64,000 bases of DNA from assembly GCF_009914755.1 (NCBI RefSeq), contig NC_060930.1; one strand, written 5' to 3'. This document shows positions 1-17,733 of the stretch, piece after piece. The first letter of the stretch is position 1, and the number at the start of each line of letters is the position of its first letter. The stretch comes from the human T2T-CHM13v2.0 reference genome, Homo sapiens. Position numbers and translations under genes: made by a program. The notes beneath the pieces were generated by a model. The model was not told the origin of the DNA, made no database searches, and saw only the letters and a program-made list of their open reading frames with translations.

Positions 1-594
1 GGGCTCTAAGAGATCAAGCATCTGGCTCTATGAACAGAGAACAGATGACCTGCTTTGGTTCTCCAATATTGATTCAGTTTGACCTGCATGGTCTGGGCCA
101 GGGAAGCCACCTGCTCAGCCTCTTCACTCTCAGCCACAAGCACAGCAGCAATGGCTCTCCTTTGCAGGACAGCTTGTGCAAGATGTTGCAGTCCCCCCTG
201 AGCTTGATGCTGAAAGCATGCTTTGAGGGTGGTGGAGGCCTTTGAGTTGAGTTGGGTACAGTGATGTGTGAGTGTGTGTGACTTTCCTAATAAAAGTCAA
301 TGAAATTTTCCCCCAGGTAACCGTGGAAGCTCAGGGTTGAGTTAGTTGATGAATATCAGGCCTTCCATTATGAAGTGAATGCAGGTATGAATGAAATTAT
401 ATCTGTGTAACCACACATCAGTATCTTCCCTCCATGTTCTTACAGAATCAGTCAGCAATACAAGAGCCAAAGTAAAACAGCTCAGAGAAAATAAGACTCA
501 TTCTTAGTGTGGATATCATTCTTTTCCTCACACAGACTTCCTCTCCTTAATGACCCCTTCCTTCTAAAGGACTTTTCATTTTTCCTGGCCTTCT

Positions 595-1056
595 TGTAGC
601 AGGACGAGCCACAGACAGAGCTCCTCAGACACGGAATTAAAGAAGGAAGGAATTTATTCGGCTGGGAGCATTGGCAAGACTCCTGTCTCAAGAGCCAAGC
701 TCCCCAAGTGAGCAATTCCTGTCCCTTTTAAGGGCTCACAACTCTAAAGGGGTCCACATGAGAGGGTTCTGATGGATTGAGCAAGCAGCGGGTATGTGAC
801 TGGGGGCTGCATGCACCAGTAATCAGAACGAGACAGAACAGGACAGGGATTTTTACAATGCTCTTCCATACAATGTCTGGAATCTATAGATAACATAACC
901 AGTTAGGTCAGGGGTTGATCTTTAACTACCAGGCCCAGGACGCGGCGCCGGGCTGCCTGCCTGTGGATTTCATTTCTGCCTTTTAGTTTTTACTTCTTCT
1001 TTTGTTGGAGGCAGAAATTGGGCATAAGACAATATGAGGGGTGGTCTCCTCCCTTA
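595..1056 (-). mobile_element. Solo LTR2 (HERV-E/Harlequin family LTR)
   Basis: Minus strand reads TAAGGGAGGAGACCACCCCTCATATTG...GTCCTGCTACA, matching recalled LTR2 termini; 4-bp TSD TTCT at 591-594 and 1057-1060. Confidence 0.9.
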
Positions 1057-1098
1057 TTCTGACTCTCTTCACCAAGCAAACACATTGGCAAAATTCTA

Positions 1099-1479
<381 letters not shown>

Positions 1480-3448
1480 TTGGCAAAATTCTACAGGAAG
1501 TCCCTCCCACACACTAAATTCAAAGAGTGCCCTGACAAACCAAACTGCTTCACCAGTTTTACTTGCCCTGATCATCTAACGTCCCCCACAAGCAGGCACA
1601 TGAAGATGGTTAGTTTTTTGTTTTGTTTTTGTTTTGTTTTAAGACAAAAAGCCAAGACCTTTTTCAATCTCGGGTTTCTGCCTTTTAGTTAAAAAATTCA
1701 CTCTATATTTCAATCTATTATGAGGAAGGACCTGCTTGACAGGAGTGAAAAAAAAATCAATTATTCCTTAAAGTTTTCAGAAAGAAAAACCACATGGAAG
1801 AATAGACTTTAACATTAGCATTGGATATTTCTAGATCTCAGCGCTCTCACATTGCCAAGTCACTTGGAATGTCTAATCAGCTGCCTAATGGAGGAACTGA
1901 GACTGCAAAGCATTCTTGACACACCACTGCAGTGCTTTCTCTTTCATACTGCAGTGCTTTCCTGCTGTTTCTTACTTAATGAAAATCTACTTCCATAATA
2001 TCATGATGTGTTTTTTGAGCTGCTCTTTCTCTAAGAGCTGGTGTCCATCCTAGGTGGGGCTAGGAGTCAGAAGATGCATGCATATTCTAGCTCCAAAGGG
2101 TGTGTGACCTTAGGAAAGTTACCCTCCCTTTCTCTGTCCCAAGTGTTCTCCTTATAAAACAAGCATGTTGGACTCACCTAATCCTAACTAAGGCCTTTAG
2201 TTGCTGTAACATCTTAAAATTAATTCAAAAGACCAGATCTCACAGGATCTCTGCTAAGATGGCTATAACTTGTCGTCTTAGAGATTGTTTCTAAGGTAGT
2301 AAAATAAATACAACGTGGTAAATATTATGAACTCAGCAACGCATTCCACAAATATTTATTGAGCCCCTTTAATGTGCTAGGAATTATGACAGGCACAGGA
2401 GATGAAGTGAGACAGCCATTATAGATACTAAATCTCATGTTCGTTATCGGATCAGCAGCTTGGAAAAAGAATCAGTACTTTGTCATTTCTTTCTAGGTAG
2501 CTGTTTGTGACTGGAAAGTCTGTGCTTGTTATTGCTGGCAAATTCTTGACGTGGGCAGGACTGCATATTCTGGCACTTAGGACTTTAATGATTTCCATGA
2601 ATCTTTTCATGTAGTAATTAAACATATTTCCTAAAATTCTATCTAGGTGGGAGTCACTGCCACCACCTTGAGACTTACTGTAGTCTCATTGTAATAGTAT
2701 GCTTCCTGTCTACCTGTCTGAAAAATTACTCTATTACTGGACTTTTTGGCATCTTCCACTTGAAAATGACAACTTAGCCAACCGACAGTGATCAAGAGGA
2801 AATGAGAGTTTCTGTTCTCCTTTCTTTGCCTTATGATTTCTTTTGATGTAAGACATCATGATCCGACTTTAGCAATACCGCCTCTTCATCGGGCTCACAA
2901 CTCTGTGCTACATGAATTCCTTTGCTTCCTCCTTAGTTATTAACTCAAGTTACCATCTTAGATGGCAGGCCTTTTCATAAAGCCACTTAAAGTCCCTCCA
3001 AGCAGTGCTAGACTGCTCTCACTGGACCCCACCAGGAGAGGTGGAGGTGGAGGGGAGCCTTAGGCTGATTCTTCCCCACCCCATTTTCTACCTAGGAGCA
3101 AGGCCTGCTGCTGCTTTCTATCTGTTCATTGGTTGAGACCTTTCCATCTGTTAATTGCTTGGAGAAAAGAGGAAGAAAAACAAGGGATCTTGGCCCCTGC
3201 CCTCCTCTTAAATCGCCATCCCCTACCCCCAACACCTTAAAAAAATGATAATAAAGTACATGAAGACAGTTTGAGAGCTTTAGGTTTCCCACTGAGGTTT
3301 GGAGCTTCTCTCATGGGAACCGGTCCCCAGGCTGCATTCACGAATTGCTCTCATCTCCATTCTCCCACAGGTTTGTTCTCCACCCGTACCCCCCACCTCG
3401 CCCGGCTATCTTACTCCCTGCGATTTCTATAGGAAAAAGTGTGTTCTT

Positions 3449-3742
3449 GGCAGGGCGTGGTGGCTCATGCCTGTAATCCCAACACTTTGGGAGGCCGAGG
3501 CGGGCGGATCACCTGAGGTCGGGAGTTCGAGACCAACCTGACCAACATGGAGAAACCCTGTCTCTACTAAAAATACAAAAAAGCCAGGTGTGGTGGCGCG
3601 TGCCTGTAATCCCAGCTGCTTGGGAGGCTGAGGCAGGAGAATCGCTTGAACCCGGGAGGCAGAGGTTGAGGTGAGCCGAGATCGCCACGGTACTCCAGCC
3701 TGGGCAACAAGAGCGAAACTCCGTCTTAAAAAAAAAAAAAAA
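3449..3742 (+). mobile_element. Alu (AluSp-like)
   Basis: Full Alu; TSD AAAAAGTGTGTTCTT both sides. Confidence 0.95.
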
Positions 3743-3819
3743 GTGTGTTCTTAAACTGGAAAACCTCGGTATGTCAAGGCCTGCACTTCATGTGTCCGGG
3801 CCCAGATGAACTGAGGACT

Positions 3820-4245
3820 GACCTCAAATGCCTCGCTCACCTGGCTCCCAGCTCACCTGGGAGAAGCGTTTCTGTTCGCGGAACCTGAACTTCAGGTTCG
3901 GAGACGAGGAGGTGGCCGTCCCCCGTCCCGCCCCCAACCCGATGAGGGCGTTGTCAGCCAGGGGGCCTGCCAGGTGTTCACCCCTATCCCACGGACATCC
4001 TGCATTCCTGGCCGCTTGGCGCCCCACGGACCGATGGACAGACAGCACTGCAGCCACAGAGCGTCGCACAGTAGCCACCGCGCTGGCCCCGGGCCTCCGC
4101 TCACCTCCCTCCCTCTCCCGGCCTCCCCACTCTCACTCCTTCAGCTACCTTCCCCTAGCTTCCTCCAAGCCTCCTTCACTTTTTTAAGTAACTTCCTCCT
4201 CCTCCCCGTTTCTCTCCCTGCCCCTCCCCTCCCCTTCTTTCTATG
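3820..4245 (-). promoter_or_regulatory. Small CpG-rich patch; candidate 5' end/first exon of a minus-strand transcript
   Basis: Locally CpG-rich non-repeat DNA; minus-strand donor motifs GAG|GTGAGC (exon end 4105), CAG|GTGAGC (3857, 3841), GAG|GTCAGT (3823); G-rich minus strand. Confidence 0.5.
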
Positions 4246-5139
4246 ATTTCCAGCTTAGAAAAGTTTCCAAAAGGGTCCAAGGAACTCCCATCTGCCCTTT
4301 TCCCGGATTCACCAATTGTTTCCTTTCTCTCCATATTCAGACACTTTTAATAACCTCAGGGATGGTCCCTCCCTCACTCCCCGGGACACCTGAAGGATCT
4401 CTCTGCGTCATCTGTTGTTGAGGGGCCTGCACTTCCAGACACAGAAAGTTGACTTTAGAGTTAAAGAATAGTAAACTGCATTTACAGCTCTTGGGAACTT
4501 TTTAAAAAGAAGAAGAAGAAGAAAGTAAAAAGAATAGTCAATTGCAAATGTCCCCCAGAGGAGGTAACACATGACTGCAGGGTATCATTTTTGGACCTTA
4601 GATACCTGGGCTACCTTGCTGCTATTAACACCTAAAATGAATGAGTTTAGCAAACTTATTTCAAGCTGACTCTTAGCTGAAAGCATATCCTTGCAGCAAA
4701 GGAGTTGATCTGCAGGGATAGGTCAGGGGAAAGGAAGAGACCAGAGAAAGAAAGAAAAAAGTATCCAGTCTAAAAAACAAAAGTAAAACAACAGCAAACC
4801 ATTAAAACCACATGTTCTGGCTTTCCACTTCCTGTCTTTGTAGTAAAGATTTCCCTGAGTGAATACAAAACAAAATTCACAGACCTGATATTCCTTGGTG
4901 TGGCAAGTTGGCTGCTAGAAGACTTTGACTGGTAGAGAAATAAATGCTTAAATCCGACCTGCAACAAGATTGTTCTGGCTTTGTCAGCAGGCTTCTTGAC
5001 CTGTTGCTTCTAGAACCAGCTGTGTGGCCTCCAGAGTCCCTTCCTTCTCTGTGAGGAAGGATGTGGACTGAAAGACTATTGGCACCTGCAACACTGAATA
5101 CTCACAGGGCAAGCTCATGGCTTGTGGACTCAATTCTGC

Positions 5140-5680
<541 letters not shown>

Positions 5681-5879
5681 GAGGGGTTCTGCTCCTCCTC
5701 AGCTCTAACTCCGTGCTAGTGGGGGGAGAGACATAATAAACAAGTAAACAAATACATATGATTTTTTACAAAAATTATAATAAGTTCTATGAAAGAAATA
5801 AAGCAGGGAACTGAGGCAGAGGCAGCATTCTAGGATAGGTAGGATAGGTGATCAGGGAAGGCTTCCCTGTGGAGGTGAC

Positions 5880-6171
5880 TTTTTTGTTTTGAGGCAGGGT
5901 CTTGCTCTGTCACCCAGGCTGGAGTGTGGTGGTACAATCATAGCTCACTGCAGCCTTGAACTCCTGGGTTCAAGCAATCCTCCCACCTGAACCTCCCAAG
6001 TAGCTAGGACTACAGGTGCATGCCATTGCACATGGCTAATTTTATATTTTTTTGTAGAGATGGGGTCTTGCTCTGTTGCCTAGGCTGGTCTCAAACTTCT
6101 GGCCTCAAGCAGTCCCCTACCACCACGTCCCAAAGTGTTGGGATTACAGGTGTGAGCCACCGTGCCCAGCC
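5880..6171 (-). mobile_element. Alu (AluJ-like)
   Basis: Reverse Alu; TSD TGGAGGTGAC. Confidence 0.93.
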
Positions 6172-6342
6172 TGGAGGTGACCTTTAAGCTGAGATCTGAA
6201 TAGTGAGACGGACCTGGACTAAGTGTATCTGGAGAAGAGTGCTCTATGCAGGAGGAACAGCAACTGCCTTAATATTGATGACTCTTTGTACCATTAGGGA
6301 TGAGTATCTGAACACCTTCTAAGAGTTAGGTGGTATACTGCT

Positions 6343-6644
<302 letters not shown>

Positions 6645-6924
6645 TACTGTTTTTATATCTAAGTAGCATGGTCCATGATGGTCAAGGCCATTTATAATGG
6701 GGTTATGCATCTTACCTAACTGACCCAATGACTATGTCTATAATGTAGCAATCCTTTCCTTTAATAGAGCCGAGACCCTCTCCCCAATATCCAACATTCA
6801 TCCCTGCCTCTGATTTTCTTTTTGCTCTTCTCTGACCTAAAATACTATTTCTCTCTTTTGTCCTTCAAGGTTTAAAGTTCTATCTCCCCCATTAAGAAAG
6901 ATTATTCAGTTGGAGCTGTTTAGT

Positions 6925-7510
<586 letters not shown>

Positions 7511-7659
7511 GAATAACCAAAAAATTATATTTCTCATAGAAACAGTCTTATTATTTTTTATTAATTTTTTTACAAAATAGATTTTTCAACTGGTTCATGA
7601 AAATGAGCAAAATGTATTGTCTAAATAAAGCCATACCAATTTTTCACCTTATGAGAAAT

Positions 7660-7990
7660 GGAAGTTAGGTTCATTTGGAATAATCTCTTCTCAATGAAAA
7701 CTTGTTGGTGCCTAGCAATGACTTCCCTTTTTTTATGTTTATAGGATGCCCTTCAAGAACTTTGCCCAGGACTCTGGCATCTATGGTTTGCAGAATCAAC
7801 CTTCTTCCCCTTTTCACAAAATGGAATAGTGTGTACCCAGCCACAGTCTTCTGGCGTCTCTCCCCGGCCCCACAGTCCCTGAAAAGCTGCCAACAGTCTT
7901 CTCATATATAAATTCTGTTGGTACCCCAGCCGGAATTTGTCCAAGCTTGGAGACATAAGCTCATTGAAAGCTAGGCATTCTCATACAATA
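7660..7990 (-). mobile_element. L3/CR1 LINE ORF2 fragment
   Basis: AGAATCAACCTTCTTCCCCTTTT...CAGTCTTCTGGCGTCTCTCCC resembles antisense CR1/L3 pre-RT region. Confidence 0.55.
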
Positions 7991-8069
7991 CCCCATTTAT
8001 TTTGTGCCTCAATGTCTTCCTGCTGATATTTGTATGAAGAACATTCAACTTTAGAAAAGTTGGAACAGG

Positions 8070-8310
8070 GAAGCTGGTGTTTAGAGGTGGAAGCCAGTAA
8101 GTTCCGGGTGCAAATCCAGATTCTTTCATTCTCCAAAGGTCTGATCTTGGGCTAGGTTATCCAATTCTTTGAACTTCAGTTTGCTAATCTGTAAGATGGG
8201 AATAATAATCGCTATTATTATTACTATTAGGTTTCAGGTTGTAGTGAAGATTGAATAAGATAATATTTGTAAAAATGCAGAGCACGAATGGATAGTAACA
8301 ACAAAGCAGG
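8070..8310 (+). mobile_element. MIR
   Basis: Core CTTCAGTTTGCTAATCTGTAAGATGGGAATAATAAT. Confidence 0.7.
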
Positions 8311-8539
8311 TGAGATGAACAGATCTGCTTCCTCATAGATATGGGGATTAATGGGATTTCAGAGTTGGAGAGCACTAGAGAAGTCACCCAGTCCTACCTC
8401 CTGCTCAGCGAGAGTGGTACTCATGAGCCAGCACATTTCAGCATGAACCAGCTTCTCCCTGTCACCTATCACCATCCCATTCGCTCCTCAACAACATGCC
8501 TGTACCTTCCATCCCCCATCAAAACCTTTAGAAGGCCTT

Positions 8540-8740
8540 TTCTCTGTGCCAGTACTTTAAACCCTTTATCTCATTAATCCTTACAACAACCCTGTGATAC
8601 GTTTTTAATGTTCCTTTTACAGCTATGGAAACTGAGGCTCAGAGATATTAAGTAACTTATCGAAGGCTACACAGTTAATAAACAGGATTCAGCCCAGGTC
8701 TGTCTGTAACCAATGCTCCTACTCTTTTCTGCAATATTAC
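8540..8740 (-). mobile_element. MIR
   Basis: TTTTACAG...GAAACTGAGGCTCAGAGATATTAAGTAACTT. Confidence 0.75.
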
Positions 8741-8859
8741 ATGGCCTTTAAAAAAAAAAATTCTTATTTTTCTCAAACAGCTCATTCTTGGCTTTATCCA
8801 TTTTGTCAGCTGTCCTGAAAGTCCCTCTTTTAGGTGTCCGTCTTTTAGGTGTATCCTTC

Positions 8860-9256
8860 TGCTATGCACTAAATAGTGTCCACTGAAAATTCATATGTTG
8901 CAGTGAACTTTAATCCCCAATGTGATGGTCTATGGAGATGGGGCCTTTGGGAGGTACTTAGGATTAGATGAAGTCTGACAGCGGGACTGTCACACTGAAG
9001 TCAGTGCCCTCATAAGAAGAGGCACCAGAGAGCTCACTCCACCATAGCCCCAGCACACAAACAGGAGGTCATGTGAGTAAACAGTAATGGCAGCCTCCTA
9101 CAAGCCAAGAGAAGAGGCCTCAGGATGAGACCTGCCTTGCCAGCACCTTGATCTTGGACTTCCCAGCCTACCGAACTGTAAGAAATAAATTTCTGTGCCT
9201 TAAGCCATCGAAAAGTCTATGGCATTTTGTTATGACAGCCTGAGCAGACTAAGCCA
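8860..9256 (+). mobile_element. MaLR solo LTR (MLT1A-like)
   Basis: TG start; GGGGCCTTTGGGAGG, CACCTTGATCTTGGACTTCCCAGCC, AGAAATAAATTTCTG, GCAGACTAAG-CA end. Confidence 0.85.
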
Positions 9257-10519
9257 CCTTCATTGCATCTACATTCTCTTTTCTCAATGCGGCATTCTTC
9301 AAATCTGAGCTGACTAATGAGTTTGCATTTCAGCTTGATGGGTCTCTCCAGCTCTCAATTTCCTGCCTTCCCCATTGTTCATTGTATCCTCAGTGTTCAG
9401 TTTTTGACAGTTCTCTTATTCTCTGGAGACATCCTCCTGTTTAGTGTCTCAGGCCATGTAATCAGATCTGTGATTTTTCCCTGAATGGTTTGACATTTGC
9501 CTTCATAACATCTGACAGTGTCCATTCTTGTGTACTCCAAACTTTGAAAAGATACAGGTCTGCTCAGTTCTGGGGCATAGTGAAAAAAAGAAAGAAGGCA
9601 TGGATACTTTTACCTAGGCTTCTAGTCCTTCAAGTTGACCCCATTAGTTTCTGCTTGGAGAAACTTTGGGGTCCAAGTTATGCCCAGACTACAGTGTCCC
9701 CTTACTTCCTCTGCTTCCTAGGAGCTGCAGTTCTTGGCCAGGCAAATCAACAGGTTAACAGATATGACGCGTAAGCTTTCCTGCCCTTACTGATACCTCC
9801 TCTCCCCGAATTGCTCTAGCATTTGTTGTTTATTCCTTCCAGTTTAGCCCTTGATTGCTGGGCCTTGTATCCATTAGGCAAAGTGCTCAGGACCTACATT
9901 TCTTCTATTTTTAATTGGCTCTTATTGGCAAATCTGGAATCAGGCAACATCTCATTCTACAAAATAGAATGAGTATTCCTGGACCTACAGTTCTTTCTAG
10001 GTCCACAAAAATGTCTGAGACTTTCAGGGATGAGGGGAGAATGACATTAAAAAAAAAAGTTTGCAAAATCAAAATTAATATATGTATCTTTAAATGTCCA
10101 TAAATTTAACATGATGAAAATTAATTAACTGCAACTCAATTCTACTCTAATTATGTGGTGATATACGTGGTGTTTGATGTAAAATGTGGGTTCAATATAT
10201 TTTGTACTATGTGGGGGTAGCAGAGCCTCTGAGATTAGAAATGCCTGGGACCTACTGGAGTCTTAAAACTGCTCTGCTTGATTGTTTTACTCTATGCTTT
10301 GTTCTAATTTCTTACATCATTCTTGATGATTTAGTAGCATCATGCTACTAAATAGGTAGTCAAATCCTTTAACATATTGCTATACCATGTGTTAAGTACT
10401 GTGTTCAGTACTTAGGGTGGGAGTGAGGGGTGATTCACAAAAGATAAAATGGGGGCCCTGGGCCTAAGGAGTTCAAAGTCTAGTTGGTAAGAAGCAGCTT
10501 TATCTTTCCCCACTTTCCT

Positions 10520-11290
<771 letters not shown>

Positions 11291-11663
11291 AAAAGGAAGG
11301 GCACACACTCTTAAAGCAGTTAAATAGCAATGTGAAAATGCCTAGGATGAAAAGGAAATCAGAAGCAAGATATGGATATATAAGGGAGGGGTTGGGAGAG
11401 TTTCAATGGAGAGGAAGGATGGCTGGGACCTGGATAGATGGAAAGGAGGAGGCTGGGCATGCTGAGTTGGAGGCAACAGCGTGAGGAAGAGCCTGGATTG
11501 CTGGTCTGGGAACAGTTGAAACACTGGCCTGGCTGCCTGATTCACTCTCCCGGGTGGTAGAAGACCACATCAGACAAGTAGGTTCAGGCCATATTGTGGA
11601 GGGCCTTGAAAGCTGTCCTAACAGAAATGGGAAGCCATTGATGATAGTGATGAGACATCATAA

Positions 11664-12080
<417 letters not shown>

Positions 12081-13117
12081 CTATAGTTGAGAGTCTAAGG
12101 GCTCTTTGAAAGCAGGGATCCTATTTTTTGTATTATTTTATATCCAACACTATCCCATATTAAATTCTATGTACTCTATGGTTTGAACCATAAGTGACAT
12201 AGACAAGAAAACAAAATCTGACATTAATTCACTAAATAATACTTAGTTGGAAAAATGTGAAAACAGAAGCATACATTTCCTTGAAACTTCAGAACAATCT
12301 GAACCATGGGTTTATTTTGTTTTATTTTTTATCATCAAGTATTTGAGATAATTAAAGCATGAGTTTACATTTTTTCTTTCTAAATAAAAAAAGAAACAAT
12401 TATTCAATCTTCATTGCATAGATGGTAATAGGGACACAGACGGAGAAAATCAGGACTATGTCGTGTGTTTGTTGCCCTAATATTGCTGCCATTTTTCTCC
12501 CACTGCCCAATACAGCATCGTCTGCCCACTAAGCACAAATCTCTAATTACGGAGGCTCTGACTGCCACTGGGTCGACTATTGGCCTCTGTGACTGGGTGT
12601 CTCCATATATTTCCTCATCTTATCTAGTTCTTTTCAAGTTTCTCTTTGAAATACAGACCTTATCAAGTGAGAAAAATGCTTACTCCATGTAAAATATAAA
12701 GCTGATACTAAAACAATATTGAATTAAAGGAGAATGTGAAATATAAATATCTATGCATTTGTTAAAAATGATAATGTTGTTTGTATTTTTTGCTGTGGAG
12801 GAAACCCATGTGGCAAAGACCTTCATGTCCATTCTTCCTTTGGTTCATATAGTAGAACCCCCATGATGAGCTGGTCGTGCCATTTCTTGCAGCTGCATGT
12901 GGACATGTGTCTAAGTCCTTTATAGGTCTATAGTAACATGCTTAAATAAGAATATCTTATATCTCATCCTGTCATTCTTCCTAGAAGCTCAAAACGTTTT
13001 GTTTTCAAAAATAACACTTTTCATTAAGCAAAATTTCAATATTCATAATGTTCAAGATATTATAATATTTCTATCACCAAGATATTTTACAGCTGTTTTA
13101 AAAACCAACCACTTTCC

Positions 13118-13428
<311 letters not shown>

Positions 13429-13748
13429 TCAAGAACTTTTTTTTACTTATTTTAATACCTGTGTATGTCTTTGAAAGAAAATGGAATAATGAAGAAAAAA
13501 GCAAGTGGCATAATTGCATTTTTAAATGTGAAATAATTTTCTTGGCAATTATTTGCACAAAAAATATTTAGACTATTTATTTAACATTTTAATGCCCAGT
13601 TTTATAATATATAATTAATAGTACCAATATGTCACATGGAAAAACTGATGCACAGAAGATGTATGTCAATCACGGCTCTCTGCAGTAAGCAATGGAAGCC
13701 AACTTCAGCTAATTTAGCACAAAAAAGATTTATTTTAAAAGTATTGGG

Positions 13749-14075
<327 letters not shown>

Positions 14076-14984
14076 GTATTGGGAAAATCATAGAATTTTC
14101 CAGGGTGTGAACACCGTGACTTAGAGGCCACATTGCAAAACTGACATTCCTGAGGAAGTTTAAGTTCTGTAGTCTTAAAGTGGAACTATCTAGTGGAAAC
14201 TAAACATCCTGGTTGAGCAAAGGCACAATTTGGTGACTTTGGCATGCCCATGAGGGCTGAAGGCATTCTTGATTATAAAATCAGGAAATCATGGCCTAAG
14301 GCTTAAGTTTAGTTTACATGACAGATGATGACCAATATTTCTAATTTAATTCAAGTGCAAATACATCCACCGTCTTATCAATCTTACAAAATTGAAACCA
14401 CAGGACATTTTAAATAATGCATATATCTTATCTGTTGTATTACAAATACAGATTAACAAACCCAATATTAAATAGCCACCTAATTTATTTGTGCATATTC
14501 AAGCCTCAAAAAGTTGCCCCCTTCAACCCCACCCCAAACTCTCACAGTCATTGAAGCCACTATTCAGAATTTAAAAGGAGTTAAAATGGATTATTGGTGA
14601 CAGTTCAGGCACAGGGCAAGAGCCAGTCCTGGCATTCTGACTGAGAAGGTTGCAATACCAAATGGCTTGTTAATTCTTCCTCTGACCAGAGCAGAAAGTA
14701 CTCTTCTCTACAGATGCTTGTTATGAGTCATCCAGATGCCTTAACTCTGGCTGATTTCAAGGTTAGAGAGACAGAGTGAGAAATAAAACGTCTTTCAACA
14801 CCTGCACCTCGATTTTGGCCATGCCCTTTGGGACCAGCATTTCAGGACGATGTCCACAAGGAATGTGGACTTCACCTGGAAGTGTAGTCTGATAGTTATT
14901 TGCTGCTTGTGAAAGAGGAAATGCCCCACTGATGTTCTTTTATTGCACAATCTCACTACTTTCAAGACAAGAAGAAAGAGGATT

Positions 14985-15250
14985 GATAATAATAAAAATT
15001 TCTAGCATTTATTGCACATACACTGTGTGCCTGGGATTGTGCCAAGCACTTAGATACTTTATATCCTTTCCTCCCTGAAATAATTTCTGCGCAGAAGATA
15101 CTGCTATGTCTCCATTTTACAAATGAGGAAACTGAAGCTCTGAAGGTTATACAGCTTCTTCAAGGACAAACACATAAATAGCAAGAGGTAGCCTGGGACT
15201 GGAATCCAGTTTGTATAATGCCAGAGCTGGTGTTCTGAGCCACCATGCCA
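14985..15250 (-). mobile_element. MIR (donor of local duplication)
   Basis: CATTTATTG...CCATTTTACAAATGAGGAAACTGAAGCT core. Confidence 0.8.
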
Positions 15251-15474
15251 CACTTCATATCTTTCCTGTAGGATCCTCTAGTTTTCTTTCCTTCTTTGCC
15301 CATTTTCTAACCAGGACTGCAGACTTTCAATATTCTCCACTCCTTACCTGTCAGTCCATGGCAAGACCTCTCTTGCCTGTCAGTCCATGGCAAGACCCCA
15401 GGACTTTAATTATTAGGATGTTCTTACTAGACTCTCAAAGAATCAGCCACAGGATGATGAAATTATCATGCTAA

Positions 15475-15792
<318 letters not shown>

Positions 15793-16457
15793 TAAGCTAA
15801 GCACTCTCTTAGAGGCTGCTGTGCAAACTCCTGCTCCATCTGCTCTGAGTTTGCATCTCATAAATGGAGTGTAGCCTTAGTAGTTCTGTCTGGTGTGGCT
15901 TTACCTCTGGTTGCTTGGGACTTGAGCCATTTCTTCCAGCCAACTCCGTGGCCACCAGGAAGAAGACCAATAAAGAATAGAAACTTCAACTCCAAGATAT
16001 ATTTGGAACTTACTTCTTGGCTTATCTGACAGAAGGAGCCCCACAAATTCCCCTCTGACTCAGCTTGGGTTTATGCTTTCCCTCTGGGCCCTAAGTCCCT
16101 GCATGCTCTGCTCCTATCCCTAGGCCTGGCAGAGGAAGGGTTTTTCTTCTCAAGCCCAGGAGATTCCCCTCCTGGGCTCAGGCCATTCTGCACTAACTCT
16201 GCCCTTTCTAATTGTCTCCTTCTGGAGCGGGAGAGTCTCCAACATTCCAGGTTCCCTGAAAGCCCTACCCTCTCTCCTGAACCCTTTTTCTGCATCCACC
16301 AGTCCTTCTTAAGGCTGTATTCTCTAATCATTGATAGTTTTTTAGTTGATTCTCTTACAGTTGTCAAATAGCAGTTATATCACTTGCAGGTACTAAAATT
16401 TTCGCCTCTTCTTTTCCAATTTTTAAGCCTCTAATTTTAAAATTTTGCTTAAATTGA

Positions 16458-16823
<366 letters not shown>

Positions 16824-17215
16824 AAGAAAGCCATTTTTACAGCAGAGGTTACTACATTGTTTTATGGTTATAATTATATGCTGTAGTTATAATCTTTCAA
16901 GTGGCTGTCTCGATTATTAAATTATGATCTTCCTGGAGGGCAGGAACTGTTATTCACCTTCATGTCCCCAGCACTTAGCTTTGTAATCTTGACAAATGGT
17001 TTTTTGAAAAATTAAAGAAAAACCAATAATGCCACTATAAATAGGTTAAAATAACTATCATTTATACGGTGTCTGCTAATGTCGTCTGGTATGAATGTCA
17101 ACAAGCCTTATTTCTCAAATTTTTTGAGACCATGGAACATAATATGGTTTTTAGGTCACAACACATTCTCACTTCATCCTAGATCTCAGTTCTGCCAACA
17201 AAGTATCTGCTTTAG

Positions 17216-17655
<440 letters not shown>

Positions 17656-17733
17656 AGTAATGTGGATTTTTCTGAGTACAGCTTGACACAGCATTTTGTA
17701 GGGCATGAAAGGGGACTGAAATCATTTTGACCA

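Noticed and set aside
3952-3968. CTCF-like CAGCCAGGGGGC (also a weaker one near 32113)
   Set aside because: Partial motif match only; cannot be supported without PWM scoring or ChIP
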